A stretch of 64,000 nt of DNA from an uncultured Actinomycetota bacterium (lineage in GTDB: Bacteria; Actinomycetota; Actinomycetes; CAVWCF01): positions 1 to 64,000 of the forward strand of contig CAVWCF010000005.1 of assembly GCA_963753435.1 (NCBI GenBank), written 5' to 3'. Below, piece by piece: positions 1-10,575 of this stretch (position 1 is its first letter; each line of letters opens with the position of its first letter). The notes under the pieces are model-generated. The model ran no database searches, was not told where the DNA came from, and was given only the letters and a program-made list of their open reading frames with translations. The position numbers and the translations under genes were made by a program.

Positions 1-1328
1 CGAGAAGTACGACCTGTCCAGCACGGACATGCACCCGTTCATCCACGCTTTCAATGCGGCGATCGCTCCTCCATGGCAGACCCGGAGTGACTACGACGCG
101 TTTCAGGACATGGCCAAGGTGTTCAGCCGCTTGGCGGCCAAGCACCTAGGTGTCCGCAAGGACCTGGTGGCGATGCCGCTGCGCACGACACCCCTGGGGA
201 GACGGCGCAGCCGGGTGGCCGGGTTCTCGACTGGAAGGCGGGAGAGTGCGAGCCGATCCCCGGTAGACGATGCCCGGACTGATGGTGGTCGAACGCGACT
301 ATGGGGCGCTTGCCGACATGATGAGCAGCCTGGGTCCGAACGTGGAGAACCTCGGCACCGTCGTCAAGGGTGTGACGCTCGAAGCAGCCGGAATCGGTGG
401 AGCGGCTTCGTCGAGTCAACGGGACCACCCAGGGTGGCGTTGCTGACGGCCGCCCCCAACTGAAGACGGCGGAACAGGCCTGCGAGGCGATCCTGACCCT
501 GTCCGGCGTTTCCAATGGTCAAGTGGCGGTTGCTGGTTTCAAGCAGCTGGAGCAGCGCACCGGGCAGCGACTGGCGGACCTGGCCGAGGACCACGAGGGC
601 ACGCAGATCACGTTCGCCGACACACAGTCGCGACCGCAGCCAGTGGTCACCTCCTGGGAGTGGTCCGGCAGCGAACACGGCGGTCGGCGCTACAGCCCGT
701 TCGTCATCAATGTTGAACGGCTCAAGCCCTGGCACACGTTGACGGGTCGGCAGCACTTCTTCGTCGACCACGACTGGATGGCTGAGTCGGGAGAGTGGTT
801 CCCGGTCTACCGGCCGCCGCTGAATCTGCACGTGCTCTCCGGCTACCCGAAGATCGGTGACGTCGACGAGGTCGGGGTTGCCGTTCGCTATCTGACGCCA
901 CACTCCAAGTGGTCCATCCATTCGGAGTACCAGGACAACCTCTTCATGCTGGCGCTGTCCGCGGTGGTCCGGACATCTGGATGAGCGTCGAGGACGCTGC
1001 CAAGATCGGCGTCAAGGACAACGAGTGGATCGAGGCAGTCAACCGCAACGGCGTGGTGGTCGCCCGTGCAGTGGTCAGCCACCGCATGCCGGAGGGAACG
1101 GTCTTCATGTACCACGCGAAGGACCGGACGGTAGACGTCCCGAGGGTGGAGGCGACCGGGAAGCGCGGTGGCATTCACAACTCGTTGACCCGCTTGCTCC
1201 TCAAACCCACCCACTTGATCGGTGGGTACGGCCAGTTCTCGTATGGCTTCAACTATTACGGCCCCACCGGCAATCAACGCGACGAAGTCACGGTGATCCG
1301 GCGGCGCTCGCAGGAGGTGCAGTACTGA
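1..1328 (+). CDS. narG: respiratory nitrate reductase alpha subunit, C-terminal part (5' truncated by window; split by ~4 frameshifts)
   Basis: Fragments in changing frames read DMHPFIHAF...PPWQTRSD, PWHTLTGRQHFFVDHDWM, RYLTPHSKWSIHSEYQDN, HNSLTR...FSYGFNYYGPTGNQRD, all NarG motifs; frame changes near 181, 266, 390 and 960. Confidence 0.95.
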
Positions 1329-2971
1329 TGCGCGTCATGGCCCAGTTGGGCATGGTGATGAACCTGGACAAGTGCATCGGGTGCCACACCTGCTCGGTCA
1401 CCTGTAAACAGACCTGGACCAACCGCTCGGGAACCGAGTACGTGTGGTTCAACGACGTGGAGACCCGCCCGGCCTCGGCTACCCGCGTCGCTACGAGGAC
1501 CAGGAGCAGTGGCAGGGCGGATGGGAACTGACCCGTCGTGGTCGACTGCGACTAAAGGGCGGCTCGCGACTCAAGCGTCTGGCCACGATCTTCGCCAATC
1601 CGAAGTTGCCGAGCCTGGATGACTACTACGAGCCGTGGACCTACGACTACGACAACCTGATCTCCTCGCCGGCGACGGACACCGTTCCGGTGGCGCGGCT
1701 GAAGTCGATGATCACGGGCAAGGACATGGCCATCAAATGGAGCGCCAACTGGGATGACGATCTCGGTGGGGCACCGGAAACGGCGCCCGGCGATCCGATC
1801 CTTCAGTCGATCGGCGACCAGGTGCGCCTGGAGTTCGAGAAGACGTTCATGTTCTACCTGCCGCGCATCTGCGAGCACTGCCTGAACCCGGCCTGCGTGG
1901 CGTCCTGCCCGTCCGGGGCCATGTACAAGCGCGCTGAAGACGGAATCGTGCTCGTCGATCAGGACCGGTGCCGCGGCTGGCGCATGTGCATCTCCGGCTG
2001 CCCGTACAAGAAGGTGTACTTCAACCACCGCACGGGCAAGGCGGAGAAGTGCACGCTGTGCTACCCGCGCATTGAGGTGGGCATGCCAACGGTGTGTTCG
2101 GAGACCTGCGTCGGTCGCTCCCGCTACCTCGGTCTGTTCCTGTACGACGCGGACAAGGTGACCGCCGCAGCGTCGGTCAAGGACGACAAGGACTTGCTCG
2201 CCGCTCAGTTGGACCTGCTCCTGGATCCCAACGATCCTGAGGTCGTGGCGGGGGCCCGGGCCGGCGGCGTGCCGGAAGACTGGATTTCGGCTGCGCAGCG
2301 CTCCCCCGTCTACGCCTTGGCCAAGGTCTACGGCGTAGCGCTTCCGCTTCATCCGGAGTACCGGACCATGCCTATGGTCTGGTACGTCCCGCCGCTGTCG
2401 CCAGTCGTTGACGCGCTGGCCAACACCGGTAATGACGGCGAATCGGCCGGCAACCTGTTCGGTGCGATCGAGGCCCTGCGAATCCCCATCGACTACCTAG
2501 CCGCGCTGCTGTCGGCCGGTGATGCCGGACCGGTGGACGCGGCCTGCGCAAACTCGCCGCCATGCGCTCGTTCATGCGCGACGTGAACCTGGGTCGAGAG
2601 CCCGACGTGTCGATCCCGGCCGCAGTCGGCATGGAGGTGGAGCAACTGGAGGAGATGTACCGGCTGCTGGCCATCGCCAAGTACGAGGAGCGGTACGTGA
2701 TCCGGCCGCGCATGCCGAACAGGCCGCGGCCCTGGAGGAAAGCCTGGAGGGCTGCAGCCTGGACGTCTCGGGCGGCCCTGGGATGGGTCAGGTATCCGCT
2801 ACCGGTGAGGTGCGGCCAAGCCCGGCTTCGGTGGAGTCATTCCACCTGACTCGCCTGCGCGCAGAAGCGGAGCGGCACTCGGACCTGCCCGAGTCCGGTT
2901 CGGTGGATCTCCTTCACCTGGGGTGGCGGCGAACCGCCGCCGGGAATGTTCCCGCCCAAACAAGGAGCTGA
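1328..2971 (+). CDS. narH: nitrate reductase beta subunit (split by ~3-4 frameshifts)
   Basis: ATG overlaps the narG stop (TGATG); MRVMAQLGMVMNLDKCIGCHTCSVTCK, CEHCLNPACVASCPSGA, CRGWRMCISGCPYKK Fe-S motifs; frame changes near 1470, 2550, 2700; 3' end uncertain. Confidence 0.93.
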
Positions 2972-2973
2972 CG

Positions 2974-3600
2974 ATGACAAGTGAGACGTTGGCGCGGGCA
3001 CTAGCCGGGCGACTGCTCCTCTACCCGGATTCGGAGACGGGCGCCGAGACAACCTTGCGCGAATTGCGGACGGTGGCTGCAGGATTGCCGACGAAGTTAC
3101 GGGTTGGGCTGACCACATTCATCGACGGTGCGATGCGGAAACCGCTCATTGAGCGGCAGGCCGACTATGTGGAGACCTTCGACCAGAAGCGACGCTGCTG
3201 CTTGTACCTGTCGTACTACCTCAACGGCGACACCCGGTTGCGCGGCATGGCGCTGGTTCGGTTCAAGGAGGTCTACGAGGCGGCCGGTCTGCGCTTCGAC
3301 GACTCCGAACTGCCGGACTTCCTGCCCGTGGTGCTGGAGTTCAGTATCGACGCTCCCGCAGAGGCCATCGCTTTGCTGCAACAGCACCGCCGGGGACTGG
3401 AGTTGTTGCGAACTTCGCTGCGCCAGGCCGGGTCGTCCTATGCGGACGTCATCGACGTAGTAATCGAAACGTTGCCGCCGGCAGACTCGTCGGAGCTGGA
3501 GGCCGCGTCGGTCCTGGCGGTTCAGGGGCCACCTACTGAGCAGGTAGGCCTGGAGCCGTTCGGACCCGCGGAACTGACCGGAGTTGGGGTGCGCAAATGA
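2974..3600 (+). CDS. narJ: nitrate reductase molybdenum cofactor assembly chaperone
   Basis: AAGGAG RBS; LLxYP, YVETFD, LYLSYYLNGDTRLRG, ELPDFLPVVLEF motifs; operon position. Confidence 0.93.
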   Translation: MTSETLARALAGRLLLYPDSETGAETTLRELRTVAAGLPTKLRVGLTTFIDGAMRKPLIERQADYVETFDQKRRCCLYLSYYLNGDTRLRGMALVRFKEVYEAAGLRFDDSELPDFLPVVLEFSIDAPAEAIALLQQHRRGLELLRTSLRQAGSSYADVIDVVIETLPPADSSELEAASVLAVQGPPTEQVGLEPFGPAELTGVGVRK

Positions 3601-4352
3601 ACACCTTGCAGAAGTTCGTCTGGGAGGTCCTCCCGTACGTGGCGCTGGCGATATTCGCTGTCGGCATGTTCTGGCGTTACAAGTACGACAGGTTCGGTTG
3701 GACCACGCGGTCCAGCCAGATGTACGAGAGCCGGTTGCTGCGGCTTGGCAGCCCACTGTTCCACTTCGGCATCCTGCTTGCGTTGGGCGGACACATTCTG
3801 GGGCTGGTCATCCCGGAGTCGTGGACCGAGGCTGTCGGTATCAGTGAGGACGTTTACCACCTGGTTGCGGTGACCGCCGGCACGATCGCGGGGCTGATGG
3901 TCGTTAGCGGGCTGGTGATTCTTATCTACCGGCGGCGCATGGTCGGGCCGGTCTTCCGGGTGACCACGCCCATGGACAAGGCCATGTACCTAGTGCTCGC
4001 CTCGACGATCCTCCTGGGCGCGTTCAACACCATCGGCATCAACCTCTTCAACATCACCGGGGAGTTCGAGGGCGGCTACAACTACCGGGACACGGTCGCG
4101 GAGTGGTTCCGCAGCGTCTTCTGGTTCAACCCCGATGGCGAGGCGATGGTGGAGGCGCCCTTGTCGTTCCGGATGCACGCGATGGCGTCGCTGATCCTGA
4201 TCGCGATGATCCCGTTCACCAGGTTGGTGCACATATTCAGCGCACCGATCGGCTACTTGTCGCGGCCAGCCGTGGTCTATCGATCAAGAGACGCCGAACG
4301 TCTCGGCAGCCGCGATCCGCTGCGCGGATGGGAGCCGGTGAGCAAGCGATGA
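3597..4352 (+). CDS. narI: nitrate reductase gamma subunit (cytochrome b)
   Basis: WRYKYDRFGWTTRSSQ, SPLFHFGIL..GH, PFTRLVH heme-ligand motifs; multiple TM helices. Confidence 0.95.
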   Translation: MNTLQKFVWEVLPYVALAIFAVGMFWRYKYDRFGWTTRSSQMYESRLLRLGSPLFHFGILLALGGHILGLVIPESWTEAVGISEDVYHLVAVTAGTIAGLMVVSGLVILIYRRRMVGPVFRVTTPMDKAMYLVLASTILLGAFNTIGINLFNITGEFEGGYNYRDTVAEWFRSVFWFNPDGEAMVEAPLSFRMHAMASLILIAMIPFTRLVHIFSAPIGYLSRPAVVYRSRDAERLGSRDPLRGWEPVSKR

Positions 4353-4675
4353 CCTCGCTGACAGTCACCGTTGCTCGAGTGCTCGCCGATGCGCTGACGA
4401 GCGCCAACGGGCGGGCCTCAGACGTGCTGGTCGGCGGCAGCGACCACTCGCTTCGGCAGGTGGTGATCGCATTGGCTGAAGGGCACTCGATGAACGAGCA
4501 CGAGAACCCGGGCGAGGCCACGGTTCAGGTGCTTACTGGTCGGGTCCGCCTGCATTCCGGCAGTGAGTCGTGGGAACTGGCGGCCGGGGAGTTGATGCCT
4601 GTGCCACAGGCGCGACACGGTGTGGATGCGCTGGCCGACTCCGCGCTCCTGCTCACGGTGGCCAAGAGGCTCTGA
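4349..4675 (+). CDS. cupin domain protein
   Basis: ATG overlaps narI stop; LRQVVIALAEGHSMNEHENPGEATVQVLTG...ARHGV cupin motifs. Confidence 0.8.
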   Translation: MTSLTVTVARVLADALTSANGRASDVLVGGSDHSLRQVVIALAEGHSMNEHENPGEATVQVLTGRVRLHSGSESWELAAGELMPVPQARHGVDALADSALLLTVAKRL

Positions 4676-4683
4676 ACCGCACG

Positions 4684-4722
4684 TGATTGGGGCCCGGGTC
4701 GAGACGACCCGGGCCCCAATCA
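4684..4722. terminator. intrinsic terminator-like hairpin after nar operon
   Basis: Perfect inverted repeat TGATTGGGGCCCGGGTCG / CGACCCGGGCCCCAATCA just after the cupin stop. Confidence 0.75.
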
Positions 4723-4782
4723 GCTTGTAGTGATCACCGCACGGCGGGACTGACATGGCTCCCCTCGGCGCGTTCCGCCATT

Positions 4783-4831
4783 CCCGTGACCGGGGCCTGG
4801 GCCGAGGCGCGGACCCAGACCCCAGTCACGG
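4783..4831 (-). terminator. terminator-like hairpin after aminopeptidase
   Basis: CCGTGAcGGGGcCTGGG...CCCAGaCCCCaGTCACGG-type inverted repeat; the C/A mismatches become G-U pairs on the minus strand. Confidence 0.6.
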
Positions 4832-4839
4832 ACAGACGA

Positions 4840-6369
4840 TCACCTGACTGCGTGCGAGCCCTTGAACACGGACGAGCTCTCAGTCGCTTGGCCGGACGCC
4901 TTGCCCGTGCCATTGACCGCCGAAGAGGTCATGGCAAGCAACAGCGTCGCGTGCGCGGCCGCGTCGCCCATCTCATCGAGGACCTCCAGGCTGATGTTGT
5001 CGAACGTGTCGCAGGCCTGGTGGTAGCAGGGGTCGTACGCCTGGCCAGCGGTGCCGCCGTAGATGGCCGCTTCCTCCTCGGACTTGATGCCCTCCGCGCC
5101 GGTGAACAAGCCGCCCGCCGGGATTCCGACGCTGATGAAGGCGTCGTAGTCGCTGCGGCCGTCGAACTCCGTCGGCTCGTTCGCGAGGTCACGGGAGTCG
5201 AAGTAGTCCTCGAAGATCGCTTCGATGCGAGCGGAGCCATTCGGCCCCTTGATGCCGAACGCATCACCGTCACCGTCGTAGATGTACCGGACGAAGTTCG
5301 GCGACCCGATCATGTCGAAGTTCAGGTAGGCGGCGATTGCGGAGATGTCCTTCTTGCCCAACTGGTCGACGTAGTACTGCGACCCGATGAGGCCCGACTC
5401 CTCAGCACCCCACCAACCGAAGCGCACCTTGTTGACCGGCTCGATGTCGCTAGCGGCCAACTGCAGCGCGATCTCCAGGATGGCGGCCGAACCGGAGCCG
5501 TTGTCCTGGATCCCCGGTCCCTCAGCAACCGAGTCCAAGTGCGCCCCCGCCATGACCACGCGGTCCGCGCGCCCGCCCGCGGTCTCAGCGATCAGGTTGA
5601 ACGTCTCCTGCACGACGACCTCGGCGTCCACGAACACCCGAGCGGTCACCGTGCCTGCCTGCAGCGCGTCGTAGAGGTCCGCACCGGTCGCGTAGGCGGC
5701 GTCAACCACGGGGATGGCGGCCTGCGGCGCGTCCAAGGTGCCGTTGATGATGTCGTCGCGTCCCGGCTGCCCTTCGTTGAAGATGATGGCTGCGGCGTAG
5801 CCGGCGGCGGCGGCGTTGTCCGCCTTGTCACGGAAGGAGCAACTGCCGCGCTGGATCAGTGCGATTGAGTTGGCTGCTGGGGCGGCCGGGAAGTCGGCCA
5901 GCTCGCAACCGCTAGTCGAGGTGTTCGGGGTTTCCGCGAACGGAACGACAAGGTCGTTCGTGCCGACCAGCGGGCCCATCACATCTCCGGCGCCGGAGTA
6001 CTCCATGCTCTGTGTCTCGTAGTCCACGGCGGCCGGTGAGACCTGTTGCAGCTCGGCGGGGGAGTTCTCCTGGTAGAACTCGTACTCGAAGTCCTGCCTC
6101 GTCACCGAGTAGCCCGCGGCTTCGAGTTCACTCGTCACGTAGTCGCCGGACGCCTCATACCCGGGCGTGCCGGAGGCGCGAACGCCACCGTTGGCATCGG
6201 CCGCGTCCTGCAAGGCTGCCTGGTGGGCGCGGATCCCCTCCACCGTTACTGCGTCCAAGAAGTCTTCGGTGTCGTAGGCGACCGCGCTGGTGGCCGGCCC
6301 AGGCACGGCCAAGCCGATGAAGACCAGCGAAGCGGTGGCCACTGCGACTCTGCTCGATCTCAGGTTCAT
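4840..6369 (-). CDS. secreted M28 family aminopeptidase with PA domain
   Basis: Signal peptide; IALIQRGSCSF PA domain; GAHLDSV, GIQDNGSG, WGAEESGLIGS, LNFDMIG, DPCYHQACD zinc motifs. Confidence 0.93.
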   Translation of the reverse strand: MNLRSSRVAVATASLVFIGLAVPGPATSAVAYDTEDFLDAVTVEGIRAHQAALQDAADANGGVRASGTPGYEASGDYVTSELEAAGYSVTRQDFEYEFYQENSPAELQQVSPAAVDYETQSMEYSGAGDVMGPLVGTNDLVVPFAETPNTSTSGCELADFPAAPAANSIALIQRGSCSFRDKADNAAAAGYAAAIIFNEGQPGRDDIINGTLDAPQAAIPVVDAAYATGADLYDALQAGTVTARVFVDAEVVVQETFNLIAETAGGRADRVVMAGAHLDSVAEGPGIQDNGSGSAAILEIALQLAASDIEPVNKVRFGWWGAEESGLIGSQYYVDQLGKKDISAIAAYLNFDMIGSPNFVRYIYDGDGDAFGIKGPNGSARIEAIFEDYFDSRDLANEPTEFDGRSDYDAFISVGIPAGGLFTGAEGIKSEEEAAIYGGTAGQAYDPCYHQACDTFDNISLEVLDEMGDAAAHATLLLAMTSSAVNGTGKASGQATESSSVFKGSHAVR

Positions 6370-6515
6370 GCGTGCTCCTCGGTCGGCGCTGTGGCGGGAA
6401 CCTGCTCACGAAACCAGTAAGTCGGGACTTTGGCGACTGGTTTACGGAAGTCGCGACCGGTCGCAACTGCCGTTGGCCGCGCTGCGGTAGGCGTGGTGCT
6501 CGATGTGCGGGGGAA

Positions 6516-8594
6516 TCAGGCGACTGGCGCGGGCTCGGGTTCTTCCTTCTTGGACAGGGCCGACGGCCACCAAACACGTCGATCCAGATCCAGGGTCAGC
6601 GCGGGGACGAGCACCGATCGAACCAGCAGCGCATCGATGAGGACTCCGACGGCCACGGTGAGGCCGATCTGGAACAGGCCGGTGAGAGGCAGGGTCGCGA
6701 GCACGGAGAACGTCGCGGCGAGCACGATTCCGGCGGAGGTGATCACGCCACCCGTGACCGCCAGCGCTCGCACCGTGCCGGCTTGCGTGCCGAGCCGGCC
6801 GGTCTCCTCGCGAACGCGCGTCATCAAGAAGATGTTGTAGTCCACGCCGAGGGCGACCAGGAAGATGAAGGCAAAGAGCGGGTAGTTCACGTCGCCCTTG
6901 GTGGAGCCCAGTACAGCCGCGAAGATGAGCGTGCACACGCCGATGGCTGCGAAGAAGGACAGGATCACCGTTCCCATCAGCAACGCCGGGGCCGTAAGCG
7001 CGCGCAGCAGCATGATGAGGATGACAAAGACGATCAGCAGCACTAGCGGGATGACCACGAAACGGTCGCGCTGGGCGGCCGCCGCCACGTCTGCGTCAAC
7101 GGCCAGGTCGCCACCGACGAGAGCGTTGCCAGGCGTGTCCGCCAAGTCCGCCCGCAGGTCCTCGATGACCGGGTATGCCTCGGCCGGCGTTGGGGAAACG
7201 GCCAGCGTCGCCTCAAAGCGCACCAGTTGCCCGGCTGTTTGCGGCTCGCTGATCGACGCGATGCCGGGGTTGGACTCGACGACCTCGGTGATTTCCGCGG
7301 CCGAGTCGGCTTCGCCGATGATCACCAGTGGCGTGCCGGTACCGGCGTCGAAGTGCGCCGCTACGAGGGCCTGGCCTTCGACCGACGGCGGTGTGGTGCG
7401 GAAACGCTCAGCGTTCGGCAGCCCGGATGCGTCCAACAGGGTGCTGAAGCCGGCCAGGACCAGTAGCCCGAGCGCCGTGAGGACCCATACCGGTCGAGGC
7501 CGGCGCGCGATCGAGTTACCGAGCCGGCTATAAACCCCCGACTCGGCACGCGAGGGGTCGCCGGCGTGCGGGATGAAGGGCCAGAACACCCAACGACCGA
7601 GGGCGACCAGGATTGCCGGCAGCAGCGTCAAGGCCGCCGCCCAGGCGCACAGGATGGCCAGGGCTGCTGCCGGTCCAAGGCCGCGAGTTGATTCCAGGCT
7701 GGAGAAGCGCAGCGCCAACAGCGCTGCTGCGACCGTGAACGCCGAAGCAGTGATCGCGCCGGACGTGCGCAGAACCGCCGTGCGCATGGCATCGTGCCGG
7801 TCGGCCTGCAGTCGCAACTCCTCCCGGTAGCGGGAGATGAGCAGCAACGCGTAGTCGGTTCCGGCGCCGAATACCAGAACCAGGATGATGCTGACGGTCT
7901 GGCCGTTGACCACGATCAGCCCGTTGCTGGCCAGAACCCAGTTGAGCGCGCCGGCCAACTGCTCGGCGACCAGGACGGTTGTGATCGGGATCAGCCAGAG
8001 GATCGGCGATCGGTACGTGATGAGCAGGATGATCGTCACGACGCTGACGGTGAACAGCAGCAGCGTCGTGTTCAGGTCGCTGAACGCACGCAGGAAGTCG
8101 CCGTTGATGCCGGCCGCTCCCGTGACCCGGACGGTCAAGCCGTCCGCGTCGGTGGCCACGGTGCGCAGTTCGTCGACAGCGTCGACGACCGACGTGAAGT
8201 CTCCGGCGACGTCGACGGGCACGACCAGTTGCAGCGCCTTGCCGTCCTCCGACGGCACGACCGGCGGCAGATTCGGTGGCGCCCACTTGAAGTAGGCGAT
8301 CTCGGCTCGGTGCGCTTCGGCCAGAGCGATGTCGGCTTCGGTGATGCCGGAATCGCGCTGGTAGACGATGACGGCGGGCAGGAACTCCCCGTCGCGGAAC
8401 TGCTCTTCCAGCGCCAGCACCTGGGTGGACTCCGCCGACTTCGGCAGGAAAGTGGAGGAGTCGTTGGTTTGCTCGTCAGCTAGCCGCGGCGCGTAGCTGA
8501 AGGCGACGAATGCGATCAGAAACCACGCGGTCAGGACCAGCCACTTCGAGCGTCGGCCCGATGGCAGGCCGGCCAGTCTTTCCCGCAGCGTCAC
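6516..8594 (-). CDS. MMPL family (RND) transporter
   Basis: Two repeats with FGAGTDYALLLISRYREE and LGVDYNIFLMTRVREE; ~12 TM segments. Confidence 0.92.
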   Translation of the reverse strand: MTLRERLAGLPSGRRSKWLVLTAWFLIAFVAFSYAPRLADEQTNDSSTFLPKSAESTQVLALEEQFRDGEFLPAVIVYQRDSGITEADIALAEAHRAEIAYFKWAPPNLPPVVPSEDGKALQLVVPVDVAGDFTSVVDAVDELRTVATDADGLTVRVTGAAGINGDFLRAFSDLNTTLLLFTVSVVTIILLITYRSPILWLIPITTVLVAEQLAGALNWVLASNGLIVVNGQTVSIILVLVFGAGTDYALLLISRYREELRLQADRHDAMRTAVLRTSGAITASAFTVAAALLALRFSSLESTRGLGPAAALAILCAWAAALTLLPAILVALGRWVFWPFIPHAGDPSRAESGVYSRLGNSIARRPRPVWVLTALGLLVLAGFSTLLDASGLPNAERFRTTPPSVEGQALVAAHFDAGTGTPLVIIGEADSAAEITEVVESNPGIASISEPQTAGQLVRFEATLAVSPTPAEAYPVIEDLRADLADTPGNALVGGDLAVDADVAAAAQRDRFVVIPLVLLIVFVILIMLLRALTAPALLMGTVILSFFAAIGVCTLIFAAVLGSTKGDVNYPLFAFIFLVALGVDYNIFLMTRVREETGRLGTQAGTVRALAVTGGVITSAGIVLAATFSVLATLPLTGLFQIGLTVAVGVLIDALLVRSVLVPALTLDLDRRVWWPSALSKKEEPEPAPVA

Positions 8595-8681
8595 CGCTTC
8601 CCCTCCCGTGCCACGACCGCGCGGCGCGGGGGATATTCATCCACACGTGTCCGATTAGCGCACATCGGGGGGCGCGAACGC

Positions 8682-10331
8682 CTACGTGGCCGACCTCGAC
8701 AGTCGCTTGGCCACTTCCTTGCCAGCGATGGCCTCGATCTGCGCTGCGTCACCGCAAACCACCAACAGGTCCCGGGCGCGGGACAGCCCCACGTAGAGAA
8801 TGTCTCGCGCCAGAGACTCGTCCCGGAACCCGTCCACGGCCAGTACGACCACCGGTCGCTCCAGCCCCTTGAACCCCAGGACGGTGCCGTAGAAGAGGTC
8901 GCTGGCGTCCCAGAACGACTCCCAGTAGCCGTCCTGCCCGTAGTGCTCCTGGCGCTCAAGTTGAACCGGGTGGCGGTGATGCGTCGTCAGCAGCGCGACC
9001 TGGTCGGTGCCCCAGCCTTCGTCCAGCAGCGCAACCGCCGCCTCGTCGGCCTGTTTGACGGCGTCCTCTGGCGAACACGGTTGGAAGCGGACCTCGGGTC
9101 CGTTGCCGGCCAGCACCTCCGGCCGCGCGACGCCGGCCATTGGTTGGAACAGTGCGGCGATCTGGCGGGTGTTGCGCAGGTTGCGGTGCAGGTGCAGCGG
9201 CACCAGATCGACGCTGGGTTTGCCGGTGCGTCCGAAGATGCGTTGTCCGTCGTCGCCGAACACCGCGATGGGGCCGGCTTCGGGCTGTCGCAGCGCCTGC
9301 AACAGCGGTGGCCACCACGAGTCGGCGAAGTCCTGCGCCTCGTCCACAACCAGAGCGTCGAAACGTTCGGACGCGGGCAGGTGCTGTGACAACTGCAGCA
9401 TTCGCTCGGGCAGATCCTGCTCCCAGAACTGCGGACCCGACTCGGACGGGACGTCGGCACCCCACCCCACCCCGAGTGCGTGGAACGTGCTTGCGTGGAT
9501 GTTGCGCGCCACCTTCTGTGGCAACTCCACGATGCGCCGCTGCACCCAGGTCGCCAGCCCCCGGGAGTAGCACACGTAGGCGACGCGCTTTCCGCCCTCG
9601 GCCCAACGCCGGGTCTGCTCCACCGCCAGCCAGGTCTTGCCGGTCCCCGGTCCTCCGGTCACGTCGTATCGGGGGACGGCCTCGATGAAGTCGAGCAGCG
9701 GATATTGCAGGCGCGCCAGGTCGTTGAGGTGGGCTTCGCGCATCGCGATGCGGGCCTGCACGTCAAGCACCGGGTCGGCTACGCCGCCCAGCAGGTCGGC
9801 GGCGGCATCGACCCCGTCCGGTCCGGGGCCGCGCTTGGGCTCGTGGTGCAGTCGACCGCGCAATACGTCGTGGATGCGGCCGGCTGCATCAGTCAGTTCG
9901 TTCTTGGTGATGATGCGATTGCGCGGTAGTCCGGGGGAGGGGTCATCCGGTCCCATCTCGGTGTCCGGAAGGGCGACGAAGTGCGCCATGCGCGGATTTC
10001 CGAAGGACCAGCGGTGCTGCAGGTAGCGACGAACGAGGTACATCTCGCTGACCGCTTGCTCGTCCAGGTCGATGTCCTTGGCGCCGTCGGGGGTCTCCTG
10101 CAGCCACCTTCCTTCCAAGCGGTGGACGTATCCACCCTTGACCTCGATGGTTGCGAAACCCTCGGGCATCAGGAGGATCAGATCGGTCTCCCAGTTGCCG
10201 TCTTCGCCGACGAAGCGCGTGTTCGCCAGCAGCACGTCGGACTCGCGCAGGTTCTTCCGTAGTGCCTGCCAAACGCGACGTTCGGAGGCGACTTTGAACG
10301 TCGGCTGCTCCGGGATGCATCGCGCGGGCAT
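8682..10331 (-). CDS. NERD-like nuclease fused to superfamily 1 helicase
   Basis: GAGGAGG RBS before ATG 10331; ETDLILL..GFATIEVKGG PD-(D/E)xK motif; Walker A GGPGTGKT, DEAQDF, NLRNT, FKGLER, LYVGLSRAR. Confidence 0.88.
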   Translation of the reverse strand: MPARCIPEQPTFKVASERRVWQALRKNLRESDVLLANTRFVGEDGNWETDLILLMPEGFATIEVKGGYVHRLEGRWLQETPDGAKDIDLDEQAVSEMYLVRRYLQHRWSFGNPRMAHFVALPDTEMGPDDPSPGLPRNRIITKNELTDAAGRIHDVLRGRLHHEPKRGPGPDGVDAAADLLGGVADPVLDVQARIAMREAHLNDLARLQYPLLDFIEAVPRYDVTGGPGTGKTWLAVEQTRRWAEGGKRVAYVCYSRGLATWVQRRIVELPQKVARNIHASTFHALGVGWGADVPSESGPQFWEQDLPERMLQLSQHLPASERFDALVVDEAQDFADSWWPPLLQALRQPEAGPIAVFGDDGQRIFGRTGKPSVDLVPLHLHRNLRNTRQIAALFQPMAGVARPEVLAGNGPEVRFQPCSPEDAVKQADEAAVALLDEGWGTDQVALLTTHHRHPVQLERQEHYGQDGYWESFWDASDLFYGTVLGFKGLERPVVVLAVDGFRDESLARDILYVGLSRARDLLVVCGDAAQIEAIAGKEVAKRLSRSAT

Positions 10332-10424
10332 CGGCGTCCTCCTCCGGCTCGACCCTAAGGCTCCAAACGTTCGAACGGTGGTCGCCATGCGCGCACTGTC
10401 GGCTCCCCGGCGTAGCGTGTTCTC

Positions 10425-10548
10425 AGGTCCAGAGCGGACGACGCAGCACGCCCCTCGGCGTTGTCGTCCCGGCAACCGCGCCACCCGCGCACGGTGCCCC
10501 CGAGGGAAGACCGGCCCGCGGCCGACCGGCGGCGGGAAGGGCGGGCTC
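10425..10548 (+). ncRNA. SAM-IV riboswitch
   Basis: TAGCGT -10 at 10413; P1 GGTC(10426)/GACC(10509); GGTCCAGAG, CCGGCAACC, GGTGCCCC and GAAGACC consensus blocks; P2 GGACGAC/GTCGTCC; loop CCCTCGG pairs with CCGAGGG (pseudoknot); 3' hairpin and GCGGG tail. Confidence 0.85.
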
Positions 10549-10575
10549 GCGATGAGCCCCTACCGGGGAGTTGCC

